From Lytechinus pictus (taxonomy: Eukaryota), in contig NC_087252.1 in NCBI RefSeq assembly GCF_037042905.1, positions 11,162,001 to 11,226,000 of the forward strand: a DNA stretch of 64,000 bases, in the 5' to 3' direction. Below the pieces are notes generated by a model. It did not search any database, had not been told where the DNA came from, and was given only the letters and a program-made list of their open reading frames with translations. The translations under genes and the position numbers were made by a program. Of the stretch, positions 26,213 through 40,000 are shown piece after piece; positions within the stretch are counted from its first letter, which is position 1, and each line of letters opens with the position of its first letter.

Positions 26213-29200
26213 TGAGGCGCCGATTGTACCAATATTATATAGAACAATTATTTGTTATATAATCATTATTTATTAAATAATAACTATTATTTATATATAA
26301 TTAACATTTTATTTGTAAATAATTACTATCATATAAAATAACATTTCTAATTATTTATATATAATTCCAAGTAATACTTTATTATTTGTAAATAATAATA
26401 GTTCGACATTCCATTATTTATAAATAATGATTATTTGTTTTTCATTATTTATAAATAATGATTATTTTATTTTCATTATTTATAAATAATGATTATTTGT
26501 TTTCATTATTTATAAATAATGATTTTTTGTTTTTCATTATTTATAAATAATTTTTATTTGTTTTTCATTATTTATAAATAATGATTATTTGTTTTTCATT
26601 ATCTATAAATAATGATTATTTGTTTTTCATTATTTATAAATAATGATTATTTGTTTTTCATTATTTATAAATAATGATTATTTGTCTTTTATTATTTATA
26701 GATAATGATTTTCGTTTTTCATTATTTATAAATAATGACACTACATACTTCATTATTTATAAATAATTGCAATTCGTTTTTCCATTATTTATAAATAAGT
26801 TTTCTATTATTTATAAATAATAATTATTTATAAACAATGCCAGTGCACATTTCTTTATTCATAAATAATTTGTTGAGTTTCCCATTATTTATAAATAATG
26901 ATTATTAGTTAAATAATGAAAACGTCTACTTCATTATTTATAAATAATTTTTTTCGAGTGCGCCATTATTTTCATTATTTATAAATAATCCTTATTTAAT
27001 GTTCGAGTTTTCCATTATTTATAAATTAAATAAAGATTATTTGTTAAATAATGAAATATCTTCTTCATTATTTATAAATAATAATTTTTTTTCAATATCC
27101 CATTATTTATAAATAATCATTATTTATAAACAATTTTTACAGTTTGCCATTATATACAAATAATCATTATTTATATACAAATAACCATTATTTATTAAAT
27201 AATGGAAAACTCGCTATAACATGCAAATGTGGGACCGCCCATGATATGAATATTCATGATGCTATTTCCTTTTTCGTGATTTTTCTTCACAAATTTTTTT
27301 CCGTTTCCTCTTCATAATGGCATTTCTTGAAGCAATTTTCTAGGGATATGGTCTGATTGTAATATTCTTCATTTTCTATATAACTTCGTCTTCGTAGAAA
27401 TATCAAAAAGTGTAATTTTATACGATTTTTCCTACAGTTCACAATCCCCGTAGGCGCGCGTGTATTTCACCTGTTCTCTCTGATCGTAGGAACAACCCAA
27501 GGGTTCATTACATGTTGTCGTGCACAGAAAAATTAAGCCATAGAAGTTGCGTGTTGTGGACACCAGAAGTGAGATCCCAGCACGCGAGATCCACTTGTTA
27601 GAAATCCGCTGAAAAATGCGGTTCATGGTGCGACCTTAGTATACGGTACCTCGCAATACGAAATATTACGTTGGTTGGTCCCCGGAACTGTCGGGCGGAA
27701 TTTAGCCCGAAATCCGGATCCTTAATTGAAGTGGATCAAGTGCATATGAGCTGAGAGAGTGAGTGTAAGTGCATCAGGCCCTTCTACTTTCTATAATTTT
27801 TTGTTTTTTTGTTTTTGTTAAGTTAATTTTTCCCCAAAATGCTCGCAACGACAATACGGGGGCATGATGATAGACCCCTAAATTTTTGAAAACTTATTTT
27901 TCTATTGAAAATTATCACAAAATTCACCAAAAGTGTGCACGAAAGCCTTCATATTTCACTTTTAAAACTCCAAAAAGTGCCCAAATGACTAGACCAAAAG
28001 CTTCAGTCTCTGTATTTTGGTTGTTCCGCTGAACTGCGTTGGCTCACTCACCAATAGACCAAAAGCTTCAGTCTCTGTATTTTGGTTGTTCCGCTGAACT
28101 GCGTTGGCTCACTCACCAATACATAAATGTATTGGTATTGGTAAATGGGGATTATAGTAAAATGTCAGAAATTGTTGAATAAATCCCCAGAAACGACAGT
28201 TATTCCTGTCTACCAAATGACAAGCTTGGTCGCTTCGCTGTGTCGCTTTCAACTTGAGAACGAGTTTACACGCATGCTCCCCCCCCCCGAAAGAAAGTCT
28301 GTGTACGGCCATGCTCAAAAGAGCCTGGCACATTGATTTATATATACTTTTCATTTTCATTATTTTCATATTTTTATCTCATTATCACCATGGCCTCACG
28401 CAGAATTTTTTCAGGGGGGGGGGGGAGCATGACGCGCGTAAACTTTCTAAAAAAAAAACCTTGAAAGCGAGACAACCACGCGACCAAGCCAAAATGACAA
28501 GCTTGGTCGCTTCGCTTTCAACTTTCTGCCCCCGCCTCCCGAAAGAAATTATGTGAACGGCCATGCTCAAAAGAGCATATGGCACCATTGATTTATATAT
28601 ACTTTTCATTTTCATTATTGTTATCACATTATCATCATGGCCTTATGCAGAATTATTTTCATATTTTTATCTCATTATCACCATGGCCTCACGCAGAATT
28701 TTTTCAGGGGGGGGGGAGCATGACGCGCGTAAACTTTCTAAAAAAAAAACCTTGAAAGCGAGACAACCACGCGACCAAGCCAAAATGACAAGCTTGGTCG
28801 CTTCGCTTTCAACTTTCTGCCCCCGCCTCCCGAAAGAAATTATGTGAACGGCCATGCTCAAAAGAGCATATGGCACCATTGATTTATATATACTTTTCAT
28901 TTTCATTATTGTTATCACATTATCATCATGGGGGGGAAGGACGCGCGTAAACTTTCAAAAAAAATCTTGAAAGCGAGACAGCGATGCGTTCAAGCTCAAA
29001 TGACAAGCTTGGTCGCTTCGCTTTTTCAAGATTTTTTTGAGAAAGTTTACGCGCGTCATGCTCCCCCCCCCCCGGAAATTTCTGCGTAAGGCCATAGTGA
29101 TAATGAGATAAAAATAATGAAATTGAAAAGTATACATAAATCAATGTGCCAGGCTCTTTTGAGCATGGCCGTACACAGAATTTCTTTCGGGGGGGGGGGA

Positions 29201-30045
29201 GCATGCGCGAAAACTCGTTCTCAAGTTGAAAGCGACACAGCAAAGCGACCAAGCTTGTCATTTGGACACTTTTAAAAGTGAAATATGAAGGCTTTCATGC
29301 ACACTTTTGGTGAATTTTGTGATAATTTTCAATAGAAAAATAAGTTTTCAAAAATTTAGGGGTCATCATGCCCCCGTATTGTCGTTGCGAGCATTTTGGG
29401 GAAAAATTAACTTAACAAAAACAAAAACAAAAAATTATAGAAAGTAGAAGGGCCTGATGCACTTACACTCACTCTCTCAGCTCATATGCAATTATTCATA
29501 AATAATGAAGTATGTAGTGTCATTATTTATAAATAATGAAAAACGAAAATCATTATCTATAAATAATAAAAGACAAATAATCATTATTTATAAATAATGA
29601 AAAACAAATAATCATTATTTATAAATAATGAAAAACAAATAATCATTATTTATAAATAATGAAAAACAAATAATCATTATTTATAAATAATGAAAAACAA
29701 ATAAAAATTATTTATAAATAATGAAAAACAAATAATCATTATTTATAAATAATGAAAACAAATAATCATTATTTATGAATAATGAAAATAAAATAATCAT
29801 TATTTATAAATAATGAAAAACAAATAATCATTATTTATAAATAATGGAATGTCGAACTATTATTATTTACAAATAATGAAGTATTACTTGGAATTATATA
29901 TAAATAATTAGAAATGTTATTTTATATAAAAGTAATTATTTACAAATAAAATGTAAATTATGTATAAATAATAGTTATTATCTAATAAATAATGATTATA
30001 TAACAAATAATTGTTCTATATAATATTGGTACAATCGGCGCCTCA
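26213..30045. mobile_element. 3.8-kb non-coding foldback element with modular long inverted repeats
   Basis: 26213-26771 is the reverse complement of 29487-30045; 27741-27989 pairs with 29257-29490; 28213-28510 pairs with 29000-29263; TA flanks. Confidence 0.85.
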
Positions 30046-30275
30046 TAGAATTAGTGTAAATTGAGTTGTTTTTTATTTGATATTGATTGTATTTTTATGT
30101 AAATGATTGTAAAGGGTAATGCAATTCGGCTTTTCAGCCGCTATAGATACCCTTGTTAAAATAAACCGTTTTAAATAAATGAATAAATACATAAATAAAA
30201 TAACAGTTACGGGAAAGTACAAAACTATAGTTCTACCAACTTCAGCGGTAAGATAGATAGAAGAAAAAAACTTAC

Positions 30276-30524
30276 CTTTTACATGCAGTATTGAAGAATT
30301 AAACGATTGCTACTCTTTTCCTTGTCTATGACATGTCAACATCCAGTATAAAGAAGTGTTCAGTTACTCAAATCGTTATGAAGATTGCAACGTTTTACTT
30401 GATTTCCCAGTGGTATCGGTGCATATCATGGAAAATACCGAATCATTTTCAACAGCGTAATGTGAATCATTGTAGAGAAATCTTGGGGCAAATGCGCATG
30501 AGCAGTGGGGCGCAGCTTTTTATA
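30276..30524 (-). promoter_or_regulatory. Candidate TATA promoter and non-coding first exon of gene A
   Basis: TATAAAAA on the minus strand at 30517-30524 in a GC-richer patch, and a consensus donor AAG|GTAAGT at 30276. Confidence 0.4.
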
Positions 30525-31331
30525 GGTTGGCTGAAGGTAATATGTGATTGATGGGGCTGCTATACCAGCATTAATCGAACTTTGGTGTAGCTGTCGATCA
30601 TAAATATCAGATTTCTTTATTTTTTTAATGTTGGAACAGAAGATAATGAGAAACGAAACCTGCAGGTAGAATAGGGTGCATTTTGGTTGGCGACTTTTCA
30701 GATGGAGTAAGTGGGAAGGGCCGGGGGTCTAAATAACAGCTCATGACTTCCTGAACATCAGCTGATTAGTCGAAATGCTGCTGCGATTTCAAGGGCTTAA
30801 ATTGAGTATATGAAATTGAGATACTTAGGAATATCGTGATTCATTGCTGCGACATGTGCCCACAATAAACAAAGTTAATTTAATGTATTTTTTGTATTTT
30901 ATTGTATTTCTTAATTGTCATTTAGGGCCTCAAATATAAGCACAGGATGCTTTTTCAGAGGTCCTGGCTCATTCTTATGTATTTGTTTACTTTATAACTT
31001 CTTGATTGTTTTAATTTGCACTTACATTTGAACTTAAACATTACAGGATTGATGGGGTCATTCACAACATATGGAAATCAAATGAGTGTACCTTTGATTT
31101 CACTTTATCAGATCATAATATTGTAATTTCTTCTGTTAAGAATCCCAAACTGCATCGAACGTAATTTAAGATCGATACTGCCGTTAGCACCTCCTGACAA
31201 ATCTGATTTGTGTAATTTTTAAGTCACTTTGTCAGCGTTTGAATGATTATTTGAATCTAAATGGTCTTGTTTAGAATCATTCTCTGGTGCACATGTGAGA
31301 GGATTGTTAGAGATGGCTCACGGTGATCGTA

Positions 31332-31573
31332 CACTGCAAAAACTCCGGTGTTGATTTAACACCAGCCCAGAATCTATTATGTCCACACCAGAGAAGTATT
31401 GAAACAACACCAGTTTGGAATCAAACCGTTTCTGTTTTAATACTAATTGGTGTTGTATAAACACCTATATCGTGCTAGACCAAAAACGAAACTGGTGTTG
31501 TTTAACTCTTCTCTGGTGTGGACATATATAGATTCCGGGCTGGTGTTAAATCAACACCAGAGTTTTTGCAGTG
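31332..31573. mobile_element. CACTG-ended palindromic MITE
   Basis: ~95-bp inverted arms CACTGCAAAAACTCCGGTGTTGATTTAACACCAGCCC; TA flanks. Confidence 0.85.
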
Positions 31574-31814
31574 TATATCTCCCATACCTGAATGATTAGG
31601 GGGCCTACTCGGAGAAAAAAATTATATATGCATATTCATGGAATATACCCAGTCTACCTAAAACATTTTTCTTTTAAAATCGAGTGCCTTAGTAATCGGA
31701 TTAAACGATCAAGAAAAATATCGGATTAAACGATCAAGAAAAATATCTTATTGAATATGCTAATCTTTTTAGTTAGAACAAACTGTCCTATGCCATGCAT
31801 ACACAGATACTGTA

Positions 31815-32590
31815 CAGTGCGTCCCACAAAAAACGAAACCGAGATTTATCGATGATTTATCATAACTTAATCACAAATACAATGGACAAATGACCTACCA
31901 TTGTAAAGCTAAGAATCCCCTCTTTCATCTGAAATTACTTAAATTATTTCTTATTCACGCATGAGTGAGCAAAAACAATTTGAAGAGGGGCTACCAAGAA
32001 GTAATTTGGCGGGCTGTATCTGGGTTTAAAAGAGAAAACCACATTTTTAAAAAGTTCAATATCTCCTCTCTCATTTGATACCTCAATTACAGAAAATGGT
32101 TAAGAAATAACAAAGTTCTGGTTATTTGAAATTAGGCTTGAAATTCAATAATTTCATAAAATGAACAGGTTTTACAGGGTAGCGTTCACACTCACTCGAC
32201 ACTCCGTTTAGTTGACGGTCAGCCATGCATTAAGTATTTTGTTAACCACGCGATAGCTTATGTGGGAAACCGGTGAAAACACGATTATTTAATGAAATTA
32301 TGGAAATACAAGCATTGTTTCGAGGGAACGAGGGAAAGAGCAGATATTGAACTTTTTAGGCATGTGATTTTTTTTCAAATTCAGATACCCCCCGCCAAAT
32401 GAGTTTTTGGTATCCTTTCTTCAAATTGTTTTTGCTCACTCATGCGTGAATGGGGAATAATCTAAGTAATATCAGATGAAAGAGGAGATTCTAAGCTTTA
32501 CATTGGTAGGTCATTTGTCTATTGTATTTGTGATTAAGGTATGATAAATCATCGCTTAATCTCGGTTTCGTTTTTTTCTGGGACGCACTG
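31815..32590. mobile_element. Tc1/mariner-type MITE, copy 1
   Basis: TA-CAGTGCGTCCCA ... TGGGACGCACTG-TA with long inverted arms. Confidence 0.88.
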
Positions 32591-32687
32591 TATAATACCA
32601 CCCCCTCTATTTTCACAAAATTGACCCTTGCGTTAAATTTGAAATATTTCTGACCTAAAACTCTTGAATTCACTCTCTGCCTTTCTT

Positions 32688-32726
<39 letters not shown>

Positions 32727-33151
32727 GTGTATGTCTCTTTCTCCCCCTATGTATGTCTGTCAGCCTCTTCCCTCTCTCCCCATTGGGAGGCCAACTCTCA
32801 TTTATTTCTGCAATCACACTTAACCTACTTTGGGCGTGTCCGTGTGATTATTTTCTTGTGATGATTACTCATCCCCTCAGAAAATGAGGAAAAGAGTCCG
32901 ATAAAAGCTGAAAAGGCAGTAACCAATTCAATTTACAGATGGTGTGCGCAATTTTTACTCCTAGAATTATTGCCCAAAAATCCCATGTTTTCTTTTTAAA
33001 AATCCAATTCGTAAGCAATTCGCTAATTGAATTTAAAAAAAAGGCAAATTATCAGATAACAAGATTGTGATATTTTTATTTATTTACACTAACAGAGCAC
33101 GTTAAGCATTCATTCCTTCCCAATTCTCAACATGTGTTTAATAGTACGCTT

Positions 33152-33293
33152 CAGGGGCCGCGGAACCGGGGGGGGGGGCTTCAGCCCCCCCACTTTTTTA
33201 CAAAACCGTGTACAAAAACGTAAAAAGGACCATATGATTGTGATTTTTAGCATGGTCAGCCCCCCCACTTTGATAACCGTTCCGCGGCCACTG
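33152..33293. mobile_element. Short MITE with 5-bp TSD
   Basis: CAGGGGCCGCGGAAC/GTTCCGCGGCCACTG termini; CGCTT on both sides. Confidence 0.7.
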
Positions 33294-34101
33294 CGCTTTC
33301 CAGATAGGCTGGGACAAGGGGGAGGGCAATTTTCTCATAATGAAGAATGAAATTTATAGCTTCCATTTTCTAATCTTTTTTACATGAAATTTACCTACCT
33401 CACTTTCTTATTCCATCCCCAGTCTTAGTACAGACAATTGATTTCATTTTCAATGCATTTATGTTCCACTATTCAATTAAAATCACGTTATACAGACCTA
33501 TTCTTTATCTGGGCTGGAGATGCAATCACATTGAATAATGAATTAATGGTTATATTTGCAATTTTATATTTTTTATTTAAAGATAACATAAGTCATATGT
33601 GTTTGTACTCTCATCCGTATTGTAAGCTTATGACACTCTGTATATGAGCATATGCATTTGTAAACCCGATGTGAAAGGAATTTATTTAATGGATAAATTT
33701 AATTCAGTTCAATTAGTGGCTCGAAGGAAAAGTGGCATTTAGCGTTTGATCTTTTGTTACATAAGATTTATTCTTAAATGTCAAGTCTACCCCCAAAACA
33801 AATAACAGAATCAAACAAGTACAATTATGCTAAACATTTCATCAAAATCGGGACGGGGAAAAGGGAAGATTCTAACATTTTAATGTTTCCTTCATTTCCC
33901 CAAAACAACGAGTCTCAGGATTGGATAAGCTACCCGTATGTTTTGTCACTGTAATAACTGGTATTGTTTTGTCTTTAAGTGAATCTTCGCCTAAACTGTA
34001 TTACCTTGTTATTACATGTACATTGTTTTTAATTATTATTTAAATAATGTGATTATGTTTGTGATTGCAAAACCAATAAAACTCATAATAAAAAAGAAAT
34101 A

Positions 34102-34294
34102 TTGATTGATTGGTGGTGATTTTTTACCTGATTGCTAAGAAAGCATGAACGCTTGTGAGCAAGCAACCAAATGATCGACGGCTTAAGGTCCTCTCCGAAG
34201 GACCTGGTACTGAGGATTAATGCCTCAGTGGGAATCGAACCCGGGTCACCAGAATACGAATCCCCCGCTCTACCGACTGAGCTATCGCGCCTCC
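34102..34294 (-). mobile_element. tRNA-derived SINE, second family, (CAAT)n tail
   Basis: Reverse strand GGCGCGATAGCTCAGTCGGTAGAGC...GGTTCGATTCCC head without a closed acceptor stem; CCTTCGGAGAGGACCTTAAGCCG core. Confidence 0.75.
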
Positions 34295-35061
34295 TTCAAA
34301 ACCATTATTGCGTCAAAATATACCCCCTCCTTTTAAGTTCTCAAATATTCCCCATATTCGTCCGTCGAAAGAGGATATATGATTTCTCTCTTGTTTTTCC
34401 AAATAAAAATTGATTATCACAATTTCATCCTCCCTTCTTTTCGTAAGATATTGATTCATTTTTCATTTGACCCGTGTATGTGTTACGACATAAATATTAA
34501 AATTAATGAAGACGAAATGATATGAAAATGACTGTGTTGTGCCAATAAAATGAAATGACGCAATAACAAAATATTATTTTTACAAAATCAAATAAATATG
34601 AAGAATACATTTAAAAATGAATTCATTTATTCTCGGTATCCTATAATTCATTCTCTAAGTATGATGCATTGAAAAATAAATGAAATAAGAACAATGTGAA
34701 GTAGTCATTTTATCAATTTATGCACTCAATTAATACATTTATTTATAAGTAACTATAATCCTTTTTATACTGGGATTATTCTTTATATAAAACTATATAG
34801 ATCAATGGTAAATACTATTGAAAATCAATCTAACATGAACAACAAATGATTGATAAGTATGGTAAAGCATGGTATAAACGGAACATATTGCTATCTACAA
34901 ACTTTCCGAAACAAATTCATAGCTTTCAGATTTTGTTATGCATTCCCTCATAAGAGAGTAATATGCATTATACATGATCAAAGAGAATATTTGAACCTAC
35001 CGAAATAGAAAACTTGTACATAACCCATTATCATCCTATCGGATACTTTAGATAGATAAAC

Positions 35062-35223
35062 CCGGGCTCCGTAACACAAAGATTAGCGATCAATCGCTAA
35101 ATGAACTGACCAATCAATATCAATGTTACACGCGCATTAATTTTAAAATACTGACAAGGGACCAATCAGTGCGGCTCTGTCGTATTAGCGATTCATCGCA
35201 AACCTTTGTGTTACGGAGCCCAG
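35062..35223. mobile_element. Short Harbinger-like MITE
   Basis: GGGCTCCGTAACACAAAG / CTTTGTGTTACGGAGCCC perfect TIR. Confidence 0.8.
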
Positions 35224-35717
35224 ATTAGATCAATTAGATTTTTTTATTAGTCATTTACGCCAGTTTGAGTTGCTGTTATAAACATGTCAAACATGTTAAG
35301 ATATATCCTGTAAATAATAACATTATAAAGTATACAAACACGACATCAATAAGAAACAGAAAAACAAAGCGATAAATTCAGTGTATGAAATCAGATATTG
35401 ATTTGGTATAATTTGATAATTTTTCTAAACAAACATATAATAAAAAGGAATAAGACTAACAATGAACAAAATCCTTTTATGAAATGAAACGATACTTGCT
35501 GCAATTAAAGTTACAAGGAAATGATAAATATCAGCTATGCTGCAAAACTTTGATCCAAAAACGTTTATTATGCAATATCATCTCACCGTTCTATATAAGA
35601 ATAATTCATTCTGCTAAGCATTTTCTCTTTCAAATAATAAATATACCAACGAAAGACTACAGGTTTTATCTATTAATTCTCTCAACACCTTAGTAACAAA
35701 CGCAAAAATATTACTTT

Positions 35718-36218
35718 TAAACAATGGGAAGTTCACCCTGACAAAAATCTTATTGTAAAAATAGCAAAAAAATCATGCAATATATTACCAAAAGTTTGAG
35801 AAAAGTCGATCAATATAGAATTTATCACAATTTTAATTATTTGATTTATGACCTCATATTCGAGCTACTCTCCTGCACATTTTGTGGTAAAATATCAGTG
35901 AAATGTAATTTTCTCAGAAAATTGAAAATGTTTTTTACTTTACCTTCTGTATAACAATAGACACATCTTTTTACACCCGTTCCTAAAAAAGAGAACAATA
36001 AGTCATCACGAACCATTAAAAATGAAATTAATGCATTTTATATTACATAACATGTGGGGCAGCTGCTCGTTTATGATGTCAACGAATACAAAAAATAGAA
36101 CTTTATTAACTTTCTTAATCTTTAATGCATTTTCCTCAAACCTTCACCAATGTTTTTATTATTTTTTTTTCCTGTTATTTTTACCACAAAATCTTCTACA
36201 GCGTGAACTTCCCCTTTA
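35718..36218. mobile_element. Old TTAA-type MITE
   Basis: GGGAAGTTCAC ... GTGAACTTCCC-CTTTAA inverted ends. Confidence 0.55.
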
Positions 36219-36601
36219 AGCCGTTGGTGTGGTAATATATATGCAGAAAATCCTGTGTATTAGACTAAATGAAAATGAAAATCCATATTTTATTGTTCGA
36301 AATAAACATGAAATGAAATAATGAATTAAGCAAATATGCAATGTAGGAATAGCAGCAATATGTACCCACTTTCTCTCATTTGGGCTCGGAAAACATATCC
36401 CGTCACTCATTTATTCTGGTTTTGAGAACTCAATCAGGTAATCACCACAAATGGAAATGAGGCATCGTTTCATTTCGTTTTCTCTCTCTCTCTCTCTCTT
36501 TAAATTCAGACCGCGTCTCTGCTTTATTGCCAGAGACTGTAGCTAAAAAGTACAGCTTGCAAATCCCTTGAATTTACTTCAGATAGACTAGCTCAAAGGA
36601 T

Positions 36602-37001
36602 TCATGTTTCGGTGTCTTCGCCGTCGTCTCGAGTCGAGGGCGATGAGCTGGCTGATTCGTGTAGAGACGACGTAGAGGGCGTCTCACTGGCTGCATCGTC
36701 TTCTTGATGTTCTTCAGTCACCCTTAGACCACTTGATCCCATCTTCTGTCGTACAGCTCTCCCTTGGGCGCCCCGTCCGCGAACCTTAGTGAGAGTGTTC
36801 GTGAGGTTTTCCATGATGTCGTCCACCGTGCCGTGGATCTCCGTCGTGCGTCGTCGGACATCGCGGACGTGTTGGTCGAGCTCGGTTGTTTTAGTGTTCA
36901 TGATGTCAACCTTGTCGAGTTGGGTTTGGATGCTGCCCAGCGTGCCTTTGAGGTTTGTGAAGGATACTTCCGATGCCTTCAGAGATTTGAATGTCTCGTA
37001 T
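36602..37001 (-). CDS. gene B last exon (YETFKSL... coiled coil, acidic tail, TGA)
   Basis: TAG acceptor; continues FR|YE motif to the stop at 36602. Confidence 0.88.
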
Positions 37002-40000
37002 CTATCAACGCAAAAATATATGTAAATTATCGTGTCTGCATGATCAGTAACATTACAAGTTGCAGAAAATTTCATCGAGAACACAGGGAGAAATAAGGTC
37101 AATTCAAAAGAGGTATTTCATAATATACAGTACGTCCCACAAAAAACGCAACCGAGATTTATCGATGATTTATCATAACTTAATCAGAAATAAAATAGAC
37201 AAATGACCTACCATTGTAAAGCTTAGAATCTCCTCTTTCATCCGAAATTACTTAGAGTATTTCTCATTCACGCATGAGTGAGCAAAAACAATTTGAAGAA
37301 GAGATACCAAAAGTCATTTGGCGGGCTGTATCTGGGTTTCAAAAAGAAAACCACACTTTTATAAAGTTCAATACCTGCTCTTTAATTTGATACCTCAATT
37401 ACAGAAAATGGTCAAGAAATAAAAAAAAGTTCTGGTTATTTGAAATAAGGCTTGAATTTCAATAATTTCATAAAATTAAGAGGTTCTACAGGCTAGCGTT
37501 CAAACTCACTTGACACTCCGTTTTGTTGACAATCAGCCATGCATTAAGTCTTTTGTTAACCATGCGATTGCTTCTGTGGGAGACCGGTGAAAACACGTTT
37601 ATTTAATGAAATTATGGAAATACAAGCATTGTTTCGAGGGAACATAACTTTTTTACTTCCTGACCATTTTTATGATTAAGGTATCAAATAAAAGAGCAGA
37701 TATTGAACTTTCTAGGCATGTGATTTTCTTTTTGAAATTCAGATACCCCCGCCAAATGAGTTTTTGGTATCCTTTCTTCAAATTATTTTTGCACACTCAT
37801 GCGTGAATGGGGAAAGATCTAAGTAATATCAGATGAAAGAGGAGATTCTAAGCTTTACATTGGAAGGTCATTTGTCTATTGTATTTGTGATTATGTTATG
37901 ATAAATCATCGCTTAATCTCGGTTCGTTTTTTTCTGGGACGCAATGTATATATTTATATATGTATATATATTATAAAATATTTGTGCTATCATGACAAAT
38001 TTTGTATCAAACAAATGAGTATGTCATGCCCCTTCATCACATTGCTTTGTCATCAGGAGCGGAAAATATATAGTTGTCAATTTTTCGCCAAAAAATCTTC
38101 ATATTTTAGACAAACTAAAAATAAAATTTATTTGTGCTAGTTTCTTCTCAACACCAAACATTTTAGATTACACTTTTTTTCAGTGGTGACATATCATGAT
38201 AGAACATGTGTCATAATCTTGACATGTATTTATTTCTATGAAACAATGTTTGAAAATATAATGACAAACAATAGAATTTGGCACGAATATCACTTTTTTT
38301 CTTCAAAAAAAATTCTACCTGAAATATACTTTAATCCCAACATCATCCCAATCATGTGAAAGAACTGAATACGCTCTTTCATTTGATACCAATTTCGTCA
38401 TGGTAGTATTTATATTTCTGAAGATATAGTAAATTTTATGATGCTTGGCAAGCGAACAAATTTCGCTGAATTCCATGGGTATATGTAAGCTTTTGGCATC
38501 AACTGTATGTAGGACAGGCCGATTATTGGAGTATTATATGGAATAGAAATGATACAATAGCCTTTCTAGAAGGCAACAGCTCTCCGGAGAACCTCTATTC
38601 AAAGACATTATGTAATAAAAGGCATGCACAAAGCCAGGACGTTAAGCAGAAAGGAATTCATAGTTTGGTATACAAGCATACAGATAAGCAGTAAGGAAGA
38701 TGGAAAGAAAGACAGAAATAAAGAAAAGAAATAAAGATGGAAAGATAAATAAATAGAAAGATAGATAGATGAATAGATAGACAGATAGATAGATACAGAT
38801 CATACAGTTTTGGAAAAAATAATTAGACTAAATTTCTTCTTAACTCCCATACAGTATGGTCTAATAATCATATCCCAAGCTGTCCAGATATACAGGTAAT
38901 AAAGAAGAAACAGGGTAGAGGCTGGACATCCGTCAAATAATGTGCTTCAATGATCCACCCTTAGAAAAATGATGAACTCCAACCAAATGAAATTAACATA
39001 TTGTCTAACCTGAAAACAGCAATATCGTTCCTAATAGCCATGATATCAGATCGAGTTACGTTAGCCTCCGAATCCGCACCGAGCGTCGTACGATCTAAGA
39101 TATACCGGTCAACAAGTTGTTTGACCGTCACCTTTAAGAGAGAGAATTGATTGTGATAAAATAAAGTCTGGTTTTCAAGGGTTTCAGGAAAGGTTTTATA
39201 TTCAGAGAAAGATAGTGGTTCCTACGTTAGCACTATTTTCGTAGATTTGCAAAAAGCGTTTGACATGGTCGATCACTTCTTTTTTCTAACTTGAATCCAT
39301 TGGTGTCAAGGTAAAGAATTACAATGGTTTACAAACTATTTATCCAACAGGAAAATTAGAACTGGTATCAATAATGTACTCCCTCTGACGAAAAGGCGAT
39401 TACGAAAGGTGTACCACAAGGTTCTTTACTGGGATCGCTGTTGTTCATCATTTTTATAAATGACATCAAGTTTGCTTTCGATGAGTGCAAATTTCATCTT
39501 TATGCAAATTACACGGTCAGTCATTAATCGCATAAAAATCCTGAAGTTTTGGAGAATGTCCTAAATAAAGAGTTTACAGGTCTGGTAACGTGGATGAATA
39601 ATAGCGATTCAAAGATCAATTACGACAAAACTGTATGCATGTTACTTGGAACATGCTTAAAAACATTCTATTTTTAACATAAAATTTAAAGATCAGCAAT
39701 TGTCAAAAGTGAATAGCTTTAAATGTCTTGGTATTCATGAGGATGATAAATTACGATGCGATGTTCACATTGAATACATGTGTAGCAATATTAGTAAAAT
39801 TGTCAGTTATTTAGGTAGATTAAGACAGTATGTGAACATGTCCGAACTTAAATTGATAAATAAATCTATCTTATTACCACATTTCGATTATGGAGATGTA
39901 ATTTGGCGGTCTACCAGCAAAACTTGTTTATCACAACTGCAACTGCAATAACCAATTTTAACCCATAATCTCATACTTCTACGAACAAAATTCACAGACG

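Noticed and set aside
28109..29261. Cluster of overlapping short ORFs
   Set aside because: They arise from tandem and inverted modules of the foldback centre; no protein motifs.
34225..34294. Second tRNA gene
   Set aside because: Acceptor and anticodon stems do not close and the sequence runs into a SINE body and tail.
36764..37096. Plus-strand ORFs over TRPC exons (also 74-596, 42695-43027, 43719-43979)
   Set aside because: Antisense shadows of real coding exons.
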